DNA from: Octopus sinensis
Taxonomy: Eukaryota
DNA length: 64,000 nt
Assembly: GCF_006345805.1 (NCBI RefSeq)
Contig: NC_043026.1
Location: 12,317,579-12,381,578, forward strand
Direction: 5' to 3'
Position numbers and translations under genes: made by a program. Shown one piece after another: positions 48,039-60,626 of this stretch; position 1 is the first letter of the stretch; every line of letters starts with the position of its first letter. The notes under the pieces were generated by a model. That model was not told the DNA's origin and made no database searches. It worked only from the letters and a program-made list of their open reading frames with translations.

Positions 48039-51000
48039 ACTAATTCTCAAAGAGTTTTTGAAGTCTGAAAAATATCTGAAGATAAATCTCTTATGAGCGA
48101 ACCTTCGGTATATGTACTGGTATAAGTACCGGAGACATTTCAAGGAAGTGTTGTTGTTTTTTTTTATATATATGGGGGGGTTAAGGGTGGGAGAAAAGGG
48201 TTTCTGTTATCTTCAGAAATGTTCCTATACCGAAGGATCGCCTTTTTTTTTTTCTCTTACCGCCAAGTAGGTCCTCTCCAAGTTAGTGTTTTTTTGTTTT
48301 TTTATATATATGGTGGGTTAGGGTTTGTGTTAGGGTTAGGGGTGGGAGAAAAGGGTTTCTGTTATCTTCAGAAATGTAAACACAGTCACGTGTGTACCTA
48401 TACCGAAGGAGCGCCAAAATCAGAAAAGGGCACAGAATTATGGGACAAAAATGTAGAGAAAAATTTGTGCGCAAAACAATTCTTTCACGGGTGGAAACAA
48501 CTACCCAAGTCAATGTTCTTTTCCTTCTTCATGGTGTGATGGCCATTCCGAAAGTCCGCCGATCAGATATTACACTCGCTTATTGAGACGAATCTTAAGT
48601 GTAAAAATTAATGTCTTATTTTTCGGCGTAACTTCGGTATAAGTAGCGGATACATTTCAAGAAAGTGTTTTTTTGTTTTTTTTTTATATGGGGGGTTAGG
48701 GTTTGTGTTAGGGTTAGGGGTGGGAGAAAAGGGTTTCTGTTATCTTCAGAAATGTAAACAAAGTCATGTGTGTACCTATACCGAAGGATCGCCTAAATAA
48801 TGTCTTATGATCCAGAGTCCTGTTTGATATCTTGAGACAGTTTAAACGTGAAGAGAATATGCAAGGCATATATATTCTACACACTAGTAGAATGTTTGTT
48901 GTAGACTGGATCGTCTCTCAATGATACTGACATGAGGTAGGGAAGAAAAGAAAAACACACAAAAGAGATTTCTGCAAGAGCAATATCGATGAAAGAAAAT
49001 GTAGGTACTACTAGCGAACTGTGGTCCCGATGCGCGCATCCGTGCTAGCTAGTCGTGACTAGTCGATCTTAAAACGACTACCGTAGCAAAGTAAATAAAA
49101 CACAAAATAAATATTTTTTTACACAAAGTAAATAACACACAAAAACACAAAGTAAGGATCGGCTAGTCGTGGCTAGCTAGCGCGGATGCGCGACTGCGCG
49201 CACCGGGACCGCTCTTCTTAAGTAGGACCGAAAATGTAGACATCTATGTACGCATGTATGTAATATGTGGGCCGATAAAGTGGAAACGTGCCCAATTTTT
49301 ATGATTTTTTTTTTTTAAGGTTTCGATTTGAGGGGTCAACAAAAAGTCTATAATTGTCGGGATAGCAATTTGTTCATTTGCCGAGGGTTAAAATCCAATT
49401 AAACGATGTAACCTATTTTGTGATAAAATGAAATATTTAATCGTGGAGTTAATGAAACACCGACCCTGAATCGTGTAGGTTGTTTTACTTTATCCACAAG
49501 CATCCACCTTCCTTATGAGATAATTAATTACAAGACGTTAATTAGATGAGTTGAACAAAGTCGAGCGGTGTCCTTAACAATTTTCCCCTGCTCTAATGAC
49601 ACCGGTGAAAGGAGTAAAAAATCCCTGACATAGTTAGATTCAGTTCATTCCTTCAGTTCTTTAAAGCCAATGATAGATCGAAAATATCATTCAGTATAAT
49701 AACTATTACATATCAAAGTGGTCGCTTTTAACATTTTTGGGCGATCCTTCGGTATAGGTACCGTAAGTGGCTTTGTTTACATTTCTGAAAATAACAGTAA
49801 CCCTTTTCTCCCACCCCTAACCCTAACCCGGCGTAACTTCGGTATAAGTACCGGATATATTTCAAGAAAGTGTTTGTTTTTTTTTTATATATATATGGTG
49901 GGTTAGGGTTAGGGGTGGGAGAAAAGGGTTTCTCTTATCTTCAGAAATGTAAACAAAGTCACGTGTGTACCTATACCGAAGGATCGCCCCCCTAACCCTA
50001 CCCCCCCCCCCATATAAACACTTTTTTATATATATATATATGGGGGGGTTAGGGGGCGATCCTAATGTATCCGGTACTTCCGGTACCTATACCGAAGTTA
50101 CGCCTTTGTTTTGTATGTCCTTGTCTATGTACGATCAGTTTGATCATAATAAAGATTTTATCTATGTGGTCGCTTGACTTGTTAGAGATAGCAGATTGAA
50201 TCCCCGTCCCTGCTGCATAAACAAAAAAGTGAAAGAAACTTTCGACTGCGTAGTCCCAGACACAGAACACGGAATAGTTGCAGTTAGAATGCTTTTTCTC
50301 ACATCTACCCGACAAAGCTGACCTAGTATTCAACAGTAACATTCTATTGCCATAAATTTCGTTCAAAAATGTGAATCCACGTAACTAAACACTTTAAAAC
50401 TTCGTATACTGGTAGGATGTGTTTATAAAACATCTTTTTCTCTTGGCTTTCTTGAGAAAATTCTGTAGTTTGTAAGATATTTGTTTTTTTCTTCAATTTC
50501 TGCAATTTCAACCAATCAATGACGTCTATTGAGGTAAAAAACATTCTGTAGTTTGTAACATATTTGTTGTTTAATTTCTTGCATTTCGGCATTTGCAACT
50601 AATCAATGACGTCTATTGAGATGAATTCAATTTCTGTCGCAACATTTTATGGCGGCGTCATATGAAAATGTCCCTGTTTTTTATGAGAAAAAAGATACCC
50701 TGTGACCATGAACTGAGGGGTCACTCGTAAACAGAGCTGGATAACAAAACCGTTCTCTCTTTAGTGTCCACCCATAATTACAACCCTAGTATCGATCTAT
50801 TGCATTTCAATCTGTTTTAGGGTTAGGGTTAAGGTTAGGGGTGGGGGGAAGGGTATCTTTTTTTCTTCAGAAATGTAAACATACCCCATCTGTTTCTTAA
50901 ACGAATATATAATATGTAACAGGGACATTTTCATATGACGCTGCCATCTCTTTTACTCTTTTACTTGTTTCAGTCATTTGACTGCGGCCATGCTGGGGCA

Positions 51001-51766
51001 CCGCCTTTAGTCAAACAAATCGACCCCGGGACTTATTCTTTGTAAGCCCAGTACTTATTCTATCGGTCTCTTTTGCCGAACCGCTAAGTGACGGGGACAT
51101 AAACACATCAGCATCGGTTGTCAAACAATGCTAGGGGGACAAACACAGACATACAATCCCACACACACACACACATATATACATATATATATATATACAT
51201 ATATACGACAGGCTTCTTTCAGTTTCCGTCTACCAAATCCACTCACAAGGCATCGGTCGGCCCGGGGCTATAGTAGAAGACACTTGCCCAAGATGCCATG
51301 CAGTGGGACTGAACCCAGAACCATGTGGTTGGTTAGCAAGCTACTTACCACACAGCCACTCCTGCACCATCTAAGTATAAGATATCTATTCTTAATATGT
51401 CTAGGTAGGTTCAGACACAAAGATGGTAGGGGTTCACTCCTCTGCTTGCAATATAGATCGGGAGCAGATATCATCAAATAACCATCTGGAGGAGACATCC
51501 TCCTGGGGTTGAAAATAGCAGTAATGTCAGTTCCTACAGAACAGTCATGCTTGAGTGGTAATAAGCATCACTTCTTGATATAGTTACTGCTTTTGTCTAT
51601 TAGAGAGATTTTCTAACTAGTTAATTTGCTTGTAAGATAAAAATATACTTATATTTAAATCTTTACTCTTTTACTTGTTTCAGTCATTTGACCGTGGCCG
51701 TGCTAGAGCACCACCTTTAGTCGAGCAAATTGATCCCAGGACTTTTGGGGGGACAAACAGACATGC

Positions 51767-51799
<33 letters not shown>

Positions 51800-52843
51800 C
51801 ATATATACGACATGCTTCTTTCAGTTTCCATCTACCAAATCCACTCACAAGGCTTCGGTCAGCCTGAGGCTATAGCAGAAGAAACTTGCCCAAGGTGCCA
51901 TGCAGTGGGACTGAACCCAGAACCATGTGGTTGGTAAGCAAGATACTTACCTTACAGCCAATCCTGCGCCTACACAGATAATGTAATATATGCAAATTAT
52001 GCATAATTATATTTTGTAAACACACACATACACATATATAGTACATACTCTCTCTCTCTCTTTTACTTGTTTCAGTCATTTGACTGTGGCCATGCTGGAG
52101 CACCACCTTTTAGTCGAGCAAATCGACCCTGGGACTTATTCTTTGTAAGCCCAGTACTTATTCTATCGGTCTCTTTTGCCGAACCGCTAAGTGTCGGGGA
52201 CGTAAACACACCAGCATCGGTTGTCAAGCAATGCTAGGGGGACAAACACATACACACACATATACATATACATATATACATATATACGACAGGCTTCTTT
52301 CAGTTTCCGTCTACCAAATCCACTCACAAGGCTTTGGTCGGACCGAGGCTATAGCAGAAGACACTTGCCCAAGATGCCACGCAGTGGGACTGAACCCGGA
52401 ACCATGTGGTTGGTTAGCAAGCTACTTACCACACAGCCACTCCTGCGCCTATGTATATATATGTACATCTATGAATATATGTGTGTATGTATATATACAT
52501 CCAAGCATGTAAAAATAAAACTAAAATATTTACTTTTAACCTTCAGCTTTTCATAAACTTACAAATACACACACCACCACTACCAGTATAAAAAGCACCC
52601 ATTACACTCTTGGGGTGGCTGGCATTCGGAAAGGCATCCAGCCACAGAAACCATGCCAACCAAGCAAACTTCTTACCACATAGCTATACCTGTATTTTAT
52701 ATACACATCCTAGTCTAGTATGATGTAACATTTCAATTCAGAGTGTGTATACATTATCAACCTCTGAGAAATCATTAGTCATTTAATTACCCACAGGGTC
52801 AAATAAATCAATGACTTTTTTTTTCTTTATTTATTCTGAAACA

Positions 52844-53737
52844 GACTGCCGGCATCAGTTGTTAGTTGTTGGAGCACTGCATCCTTCAAAACTTCCATGC
52901 TTCCTGAGATTCGCCGACACTACACCTGATTTCGGCATCAGTTGTTAGTTGCCGGAGCACTGCATCCTTCAAAACTTCCATGCTTCCTGAGATTCGCCGA
53001 CACTACACCTGATTTCGGCATCAGTTGTTAGTTGTCGGAGCACTGCATCCTTCAAAACTTCCATGCTTCCCGAGATTCGCCGACACTACACCTGATTTCG
53101 GCATCAGTTGTTAGTTGTCGGAGCACTGCATCCTTCAAAACTTCCATGCTTCCCGAGATTCGCCGACACTACACCTGATTTCGGCATCAGTTGTTAGTTG
53201 TCGGAGCACTGCATCCTTCAAAACTTCCATGCTTCCTGAGATTCGCCGACACTCCACCTGATTTTCTCCCATCCATACACACACAAGCTTGTATCTGATT
53301 CATACACTGTTCACTTCCCAGACATTTGTACATTACTGCATATGCAGACACCCATGAAATTATTAACCATCTTATTAACAATAACTCTGAGCCCCTTTTC
53401 AAACTCCACCTGTCTAACACCCGTGGACATGTTTACAAAATCAGAAAACAGCACAGCTCCCATGACTTTCAGAAACATTTTTTCATGCTAAGAGTTGCTG
53501 GAGCATGGAACAAACTGCCGGCATCAGTTGTTAATTGTCGGAGCATTGCATCCTTCAAAACTTCCATGCTTCCTGAGATTCGCCAACACTACACCTGATT
53601 TTCTCCCCTCCATACACACACAAGCATGTATCTGACTCATACACTGTTCACTTCCCAGACATTTGTACATTACTGCATATACTTTATACGCACTTTTTGA
53701 CAAGTTGTGGTGCACCTGAGCACTGTATACAATAATT

Positions 53738-53765
<28 letters not shown>
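52844..53765 (+). mobile_element. CR1 3' ends: five 83-bp tandem units plus tail, then a second 3' end
   Basis: GGCATCAGTTG at 52851, 52934, 53017, 53100 and 53183; 53346-53598 encodes ..TRGHVYK..FFMLRVAGAWNKLPASVV..SFK, typical of the CR1 ORF2 C-terminus; (ATT)n tail. Confidence 0.88.
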
Positions 53766-53770
<5 letters not shown>

Positions 53771-53884
53771 GTTAAATGGAAGAATATGCATGAATATTCT
53801 GAAAAGAATAACTTTTTATTAAAAAACATTACAAAGGTAAGTTGTGTCACCAAAGGGGATAACTGGCAGTTCTTTTCTGAATGA

Positions 53885-54712
53885 TTAAATACATGTGTAA
53901 TTGTGAATAAGTTTGTGTTTAGTTAGGTTACATCCTTTGGAAAATGATTTACCACAGATTTCACAATGATATGGCTTCTCACCTGTGTGAATACGTTTGT
54001 GACTAGTTAAGTTACTACTTTTAGAAAATGATTTATCACAAATATCACAGTGATATGGTTTCTCTCCCGTATGAATATGTCTGTGTTCAGTTAAGTTGCT
54101 TATTTTTGAGAATGATTTCCCGCAGACATCACATGGATATGGCTTCTCTCCTGTATGAATTCGTTTGTGATTAGTCAAGTTATCACTTTTGGAGAACGAT
54201 TTGCCACAGTCATCACACTGATATGGCTTCACTCCAGTATGAATGCGAGTGTGTGTAGCCAAGTCACCAACTTTGGAGAATGATTTACCACAGATATCAC
54301 AGTGATATGGTCTCTCTCCTGTATGAATATGTTTGTGTTCTGTTAAATTACTTCCCTTAGAAAATGATTTGTAACAGACATCACACTGATACGGTTTCTC
54401 CCCTGTATGAATGCGTTTGTGACTAGATAAATTATTACTTTTCGAGAATGATTTACCACAGACGTCACAATCATACGGTTTCTCTCCTGTGTGAATGCGT
54501 CTGTGAGTTGTGAGGTTCCCCCTTCGAGAAAATGACTTTTTACAGATATCACAGTGGTATGTTTTTCCTGTATCTTTTGGACGCTCATCCGTGAATTCAA
54601 TCCTTTGAGATGGCATATTCCATTCTGCAGTGTTCCCACACATTTCATTCATCATGACGTTTGGATGGGTTTGTAGTTTTTGTACTTCAATTCTGAAATC
54701 TTTGCTTTGCAT
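53885..54712 (-). CDS. C2H2 zinc-finger protein, 8 fingers (ZNF-4), 275 aa
   Basis: Canonical fingers; MxNExCGN motif and first finger are shared with ZNF-1; likely 5'UTR acceptor ATTTCAG| at 54774/54773. Confidence 0.92.
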   Translation of the reverse strand: MQSKDFRIEVQKLQTHPNVMMNEMCGNTAEWNMPSQRIEFTDERPKDTGKTYHCDICKKSFSRRGNLTTHRRIHTGEKPYDCDVCGKSFSKSNNLSSHKRIHTGEKPYQCDVCYKSFSKGSNLTEHKHIHTGERPYHCDICGKSFSKVGDLATHTRIHTGVKPYQCDDCGKSFSKSDNLTNHKRIHTGEKPYPCDVCGKSFSKISNLTEHRHIHTGEKPYHCDICDKSFSKSSNLTSHKRIHTGEKPYHCEICGKSFSKGCNLTKHKLIHNYTCI

Positions 54713-57042
54713 ATCTCAAACTGTAATCTCAGTATATGACGACACTGTGAACTTCAATGTAATCCAAGATATTCTGAAATAACAGAAAGACATATACTAT
54801 AGAGGATATTAAAAGAAAATTGAAATCAAACAGCAGAAATATTACATTTCTATAATGATAAACCATAGATGTAAAAAAAAGTGTTGTAGTTCGCTTGAGG
54901 CATTTTAATATCGAAGAAGGTAAAAAGAGAGAAAATAGAAAGCTTCTAACAAAGTGGAAAGTTTAATGAACCCTTTATATTTCACGTGCAAGGGCCCAGC
55001 TTCAGAAGAAAAATAGTCTGGACTCATATAACTCTTTACCCTTTTACTTGTTTCAGTCATTTGACTGCGGCCATGCTGGAGCACCGCCTTTAATCGAGCA
55101 ACTCGATCCCGGGACTTATTCTTTTGTAAGCCCAGTACTTATTCTATCGGTTCTCTTTTGCCGAACCGCTAAGTAACGGGGACATAAACACCCCAGCATT
55201 GGTTGTCAAGCAATGCTAGGGGGACAAACACAAACACACATTATATATATATACATATATACTTCTCTTTTACTTGTTTCAGTCATTTGACTGCAGCCAT
55301 GCTGGAGCACCGCCTTTAATCGAGCAACTCGATCCCCGGAGCTTATTCTTTTGTAAGCCCAGTACTTATTCTATTGGTCTCTTTTGCCAAACCGCTAAGT
55401 AACGGGGGACATAAACACCCCAGCATTGGTTGTCAAGCAATGCTAGGGGGACAAACACAGACACACAAACACACACACACACATATATATATATATACAT
55501 ATATACGACAGGCTTCTTTCCGTTTCCGTCTACCAAATCCACTCACAAGGCTTTGGTCGGCCCGAGGCTATAGTAGAAGACACTTGCCCAAGGTGCCACG
55601 CAGTGGGATTGAACCCGGAACCATGTGGTTGGTAAACAAGCTACTTACCACACAGCCACACCTGCGCCTTTTCTTCTGAAGATGTGCCTTATTAAACTTT
55701 CCACATTGTCAGAAGCTTTCTATTTTCTCTCTTTTTACCTTCTATAGACACAAACTCTTATCTGAACACAATACAACCTTGACTGCAGCTACATGCATTA
55801 TAAAACCAGGATCCCTCAATTTGGAATCTTGCAATGGCAGGTGCAAAACAGTTTGATAGTTCGGTTATCAAACTGTTGAGAAACGATACAATTTCCTCCC
55901 CAATACAGTTGTTGCTTTATTTATATATATATACTCTCTCTTTTACTTGTTTCAGTCATTTGACTGCGGCCATGCTGGAGCACCGCCTTTTAGTCGAGCA
56001 AATCGACCCCAGGACTTATTCTTTGTAAGCCTAGTACTGATTCTATCGGTCTCTTTTACTTGTTTCAGTCATTTGACTGCGGCCATGCTGGAGCACCGCC
56101 TTTTAGTCGAGCAAATCGACCCCAGGACTTATTCTTTGTAAGCCAAGTACTGATTCTATCGGTCTCTTTTACTTGTTTCAGTCATTTGACTGCGGCCATG
56201 CTGGAGCACCACCTTTAGTCGAGCAACTCGAACCCGAGACTTATTCTTTTGTAAGCCTAGTACTTATTCTATCAGTTCTCTTTTGCCGAACCACTAAGTT
56301 ACGGGGACGCAGAAACACCAGCATCGGTTGTGAAGCGATGTTGGTAGGACAAACAGACACACAAACACACACATATATATATATATACATATATACGACG
56401 GGCTTCTTTCAGTTTCCGTCTACCAAATCCACTCACAAGGCTTTGGTCGGCAGGAGGCTACAGTAGAAGATACTTGTCCAAGGTGCCACGCAGTGGGACT
56501 GAACCCGGAACCATATGGTTGGTAAGCAAGCTACTTACCACAAAGCCACTCCTATGCCTATATTAGTTCAAAATTAGATGATTGTATCACAAAATCTTTC
56601 TATCAGTTATTTTATATTTCTTCAAATTGTAATAATTTAGTCTTTGGTTTTGTATTTATTCAAATAATTGCCTTCTTCTGTGAACATCATACCTAAGGTG
56701 ATGTGATATTTGAGGCTACAGTAGAAGACACTTGCCCAAGATGCCACGCAGTGGGACTGAACCCGGAACAATGTGGTTGGTAAGCAAGCTACTTACCACA
56801 CAGCCACTTCTGCGCATATATATATAAAACAAAACAAAAACACGGCCTTACTGGAATGAGCAAGCTGAGCTCTAATAGTTTATCACTTCTGACAAACAGA
56901 ATCAATAAATAATGGAGATTAAAGCAAATGTCAGACAACGGATTAATGAAAAAAGAAGTTGAACGAGGTGTAAGTGGATAAGCTTTACCGTTGGTGGCAG
57001 TGCACACAAGCCTCGTGTTTTGTGTAAGGTGGAAGTATATTT

Positions 57043-57459
57043 GGATCTTTTCGGTTTGAACGGCAGTTTTTTCTAGCGGTGTCATATGAAATTGTCACCC
57101 ATAATTATGACCCAAGTATCGATCTATTGCATTTCAATCTGTTTTAGGGTCAGGGTTAGGGGGAAGGGTATCTTTTTTTTCTCTTCACAAATGTAAATAA
57201 ACCGAATCTGTTTCTTAAACGAGGGACATTTTCATACGGTACAGAATGTTTTTTTTTACCTCAATAGACGGTCATTGATTGGCTGAAATTGCAGAAATTG
57301 AAGAAAAAAACAACAGATATCTTACAAACTATAGAATTTTCTCAATAAAACCAAGAGAAAAAGATGTTTTATAAACACATTCTACCAGTATACGAAGTTT
57401 AAAAGTGTTTAGTTACGTGGAAATTATGTTAAAAACTGCCGTTCTAACGGAAAAGATCC
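57043..57459. mobile_element. GGATC-family MITE (reverse orientation)
   Basis: 8-bp TSD GTATATTT/GTAAATTT. Confidence 0.88.
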
Positions 57460-57813
57460 GTAAATTTAAATAAACGTTCTGAATCTTACTCATACACCAC
57501 ATACTGAGGCGGCGGCAGAGCTGCAGTTACGCCCCACCCTCACCCGACTTTGTTTCCTCATACCTTTCTAAAAAAAATGGACATTCAATAAATCCATTTC
57601 ACCTGGTGTAGATTACAACTACATCGAATTTAACATGAAAAAAATGCACAGGAGTGGCTGTGTGGTAAGTAGCTTGTCTACCAAACACGTGGTTCTGGGT
57701 TCAGTCCCACTGCGTGGCACCTTGGGCAAGTGTCTTCTACTATAGCACTGGGCCGACCAAAGCCTTGTGAATGGATTTGATAGACGGAAACTGAAATAAA
57801 CCCATCGTATATA

Positions 57814-57901
<88 letters not shown>

Positions 57902-59044
57902 TGCGTGTTTGTGACTGCTGTGTTTGTCCCCCTAGCATTGCTTGACAACCGATGCTAGTGTGTTTATGTCCCCGTTACTTAGCGGTTCGGCAAAAAGAGA
58001 CCGATAGAATAAGTACTGGGCTTACAAAAAGAATAAGTCCCGGGGTCGAGTTGCTCGATTAAAGGCGGTGCTCCAGCATGGCCGCAGTCAAATGACTGAA
58101 ACAAGTAAAAGAGTAAGAAGAGTATTTCATTTTTAGAAAGGATTTTTCAATAAATCCATTTCACCTGGTGTTGATTACAATTTTGTAGATTACAAAAACA
58201 TGAAAAAAATAAATAAAATACATGGTGGGGGGGAGGATAAGTCACACAGCTTATTAAAACGCAAGAACAAAATCGAAGTGTATGAATCATCCGACCCCCC
58301 ACCCAATTGTTTTTACACATAAAACTGCGACATAATCATAATATATACAATAAAAGGTTTATACTGACGAACCTTCTATTTAAAAAAATGTCCAGCTTTC
58401 AGAAGGTTATGAGGTTGTCCCAAAATTTCGTAGAAAGTCTTGGAAAATAATGGTCTTTATTTTGAGGAATAATTTTTGTTGTTTTTGTTAGTACTTGGCG
58501 AGTAAAAATTCAATTTTCGCAAGTGTTTACGAACTTTAGGGACAACCTAATAAATCGAGGTATGTGAATCATCCGAAACTAGCCCCCGCTCCATCCCACC
58601 CCGAAAAACAATTTTTCTCAACAAATTCTGATATAAAATCTAATCTACATTATATCTAAATTGTATCTCCCCAAAATATTTTTTACTAAAAAATATCCAT
58701 TTTTTAAAAATATCCATTTTTTAAAAAAGTCGGAGAGGGGCACATCTGTAGTTTTGCCGAGACGTTTAATGATTTAATTTCAATTTAATTCCTTTAACAT
58801 GGAAGGTTTTACATAATTACGCATTATTAAATCTTGATGTAAAATTTTGTCTTTTCAGATATAAACACCGAATCATTTTGCAGCTACACTAATCACACTC
58901 ATTTTTTGTTTCTTAAAATAAAATCAATGCATTGCCTTCTATATACAACGATACCATGAATCTAATTCCATTTTGCACTCAATGCAGCATCGCTAACAGT
59001 CTCACCTTCTTCAACCATGCGACCACATTCACCTCGCCATCAAA

Positions 59045-59923
59045 GGTACTTACTAGCGAACAGTGGTCCCGGTGCGCGCACTCGCGCTAGCCAGTCGTAA
59101 GTAGTCGATCCTACAACGACTCGCGCGTATGTTTGTATTTCAAGGCTGAATACATATCAAAGAAAATTAAATAATATTTTTCGAACAAAGTAAAAGGGTT
59201 AGAAAGTCGTTGTAGGACCGACTACTTACGACTAGCTAGCTAGCGCGGATGTGCGAGTGCGCGCACCGGGACCACTGTTCGCTAGTAATACCCGTTAAAA
59301 TAAGCTCATGCAAAGTCAATAAAACTCAAAATAAATAATTTTTTTACACAAAGTAAATACTTTTTGTTAAACAAAGTAAATAAAACACAAAATAAATAAT
59401 TTTTTAAACAAAGTATATATGTATATATATATGTATGTGTGTATATGTTTGTGTGTCTGTGTTTGCCCCCTCCCACCACCACCATTGCTTGACAACCGAT
59501 GGTGGTGTGTTTACGTCCCCGTGACTTAGCGGTTCAGCAAAAGAGACTAATAGAATAAGTCCTGGGGTCGATTTGCTCGACTAACGGCGGTGCTCCAGCA
59601 TGGCCACAGTCAAATGACTGAAACAAGTAAAAGAGACCGATAGAATAAGTACTAGGCTTACAAAGAATAGGTCCTGGGGTCGATTTGTTCGACTAAAGGC
59701 GGTGCTCCAGCATGGCCGAGACTGTTAGAATAAGTCCTGGGGTCGATTTACTCGACTAGAAGGCGGTGCTCCAGCATGGTCGCAGTCAAATGACTGAAAC
59801 AAGTAAAAGAGAGTAAAAGAGTAACACGCAAAAAAACGCAAAGTAAGGATCGACTAGTCACGACTAGCTAGCGCGGATGCGCGCGTGCGCGCGCACCGGG
59901 GACCACTGTTCGCTAGTCGTACC
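59045..59923. mobile_element. GGTAC-family GC-rich-TIR MITE with an extra internal TIR and a nested SINE-A
   Basis: GGTAC(T)TACTAGCGAACAGTGGTCCCGG TIRs at 59045, ~59290 (inverted) and 59923 (inverted); 9-bp TSD GCCATCAAA/GCCATCGAA; partial copy at 49005-49215. Confidence 0.82.
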
Positions 59924-60048
59924 GCCATCGAAGAGCAATCCTTGTTTCGTTACCGAGTCCTTCCCTTCCCCCCTGACACGATCTGTTAGTCACCGAAAAA
60001 AAAACCTGTGATGGAAAATTGGTGAATTATCAATTATCCTGACCTTAC

Positions 60049-60260
60049 TTGGGATAATGACTTTCTGTTTCAGTCGCTCCCGACAAAAACAAACGAACAG
60101 GGGCAGCACCTCCGCTTAATTCAAACAGATTCTGGGTCCAAGGGACAAAAGGGCGCCAGAGACGAGACTCGAACTTGCAAACTCGCCACAATCGCCAAAT
60201 AACAATGCTTCTCTGACCCATGCGCAGCTTCTGTCTCCCTCCTGTGACGTCATTTCCTCT
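60049..60260 (-). promoter_or_regulatory. Candidate promoter and first non-coding exon (CRE with adjacent ETS-like site)
   Basis: TGACGTCA at 60245-60252 abutting GGAAA on the minus strand; CpG-richer unique DNA; GTAAGG donor at 60048. Confidence 0.35.
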
Positions 60261-60626
60261 TTCGATTTCAACCAATAACAACCAAGCATTAATGTCACAT
60301 GTCTCCAAAAGTGTTGCTATGATGACATCGCTGCTATATTGATGCCTTAGTCGTCTGTCGTTACGTTCTGGGTTCAAACACCGCCGAGGTCGACTTTGCC
60401 TTTCATCCTTTCGGGGTCGATAAATAAAGTACCAGTTGCGCACTGGGGTCGATGTAGTTGACTTAATCGCTTTGTCTGTCTTTGTTTGTCCCCTCTATGT
60501 TTAGCCCCTTGTGGGCAATAAAGAAATATATATTGATGCCTTAGAGAATGTAGTAACTCCAACTACTCTAACCACATAACGAACTACGATATGTTTTGAG
60601 CGACTATATATATTCAAATATACAAG

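Noticed and set aside
48039-48143. N-terminal 35-aa extension of the ZNF-3 ORF
   Set aside because: Non-ATG start located in MITE sequence and not shared with paralog ZNF-2.
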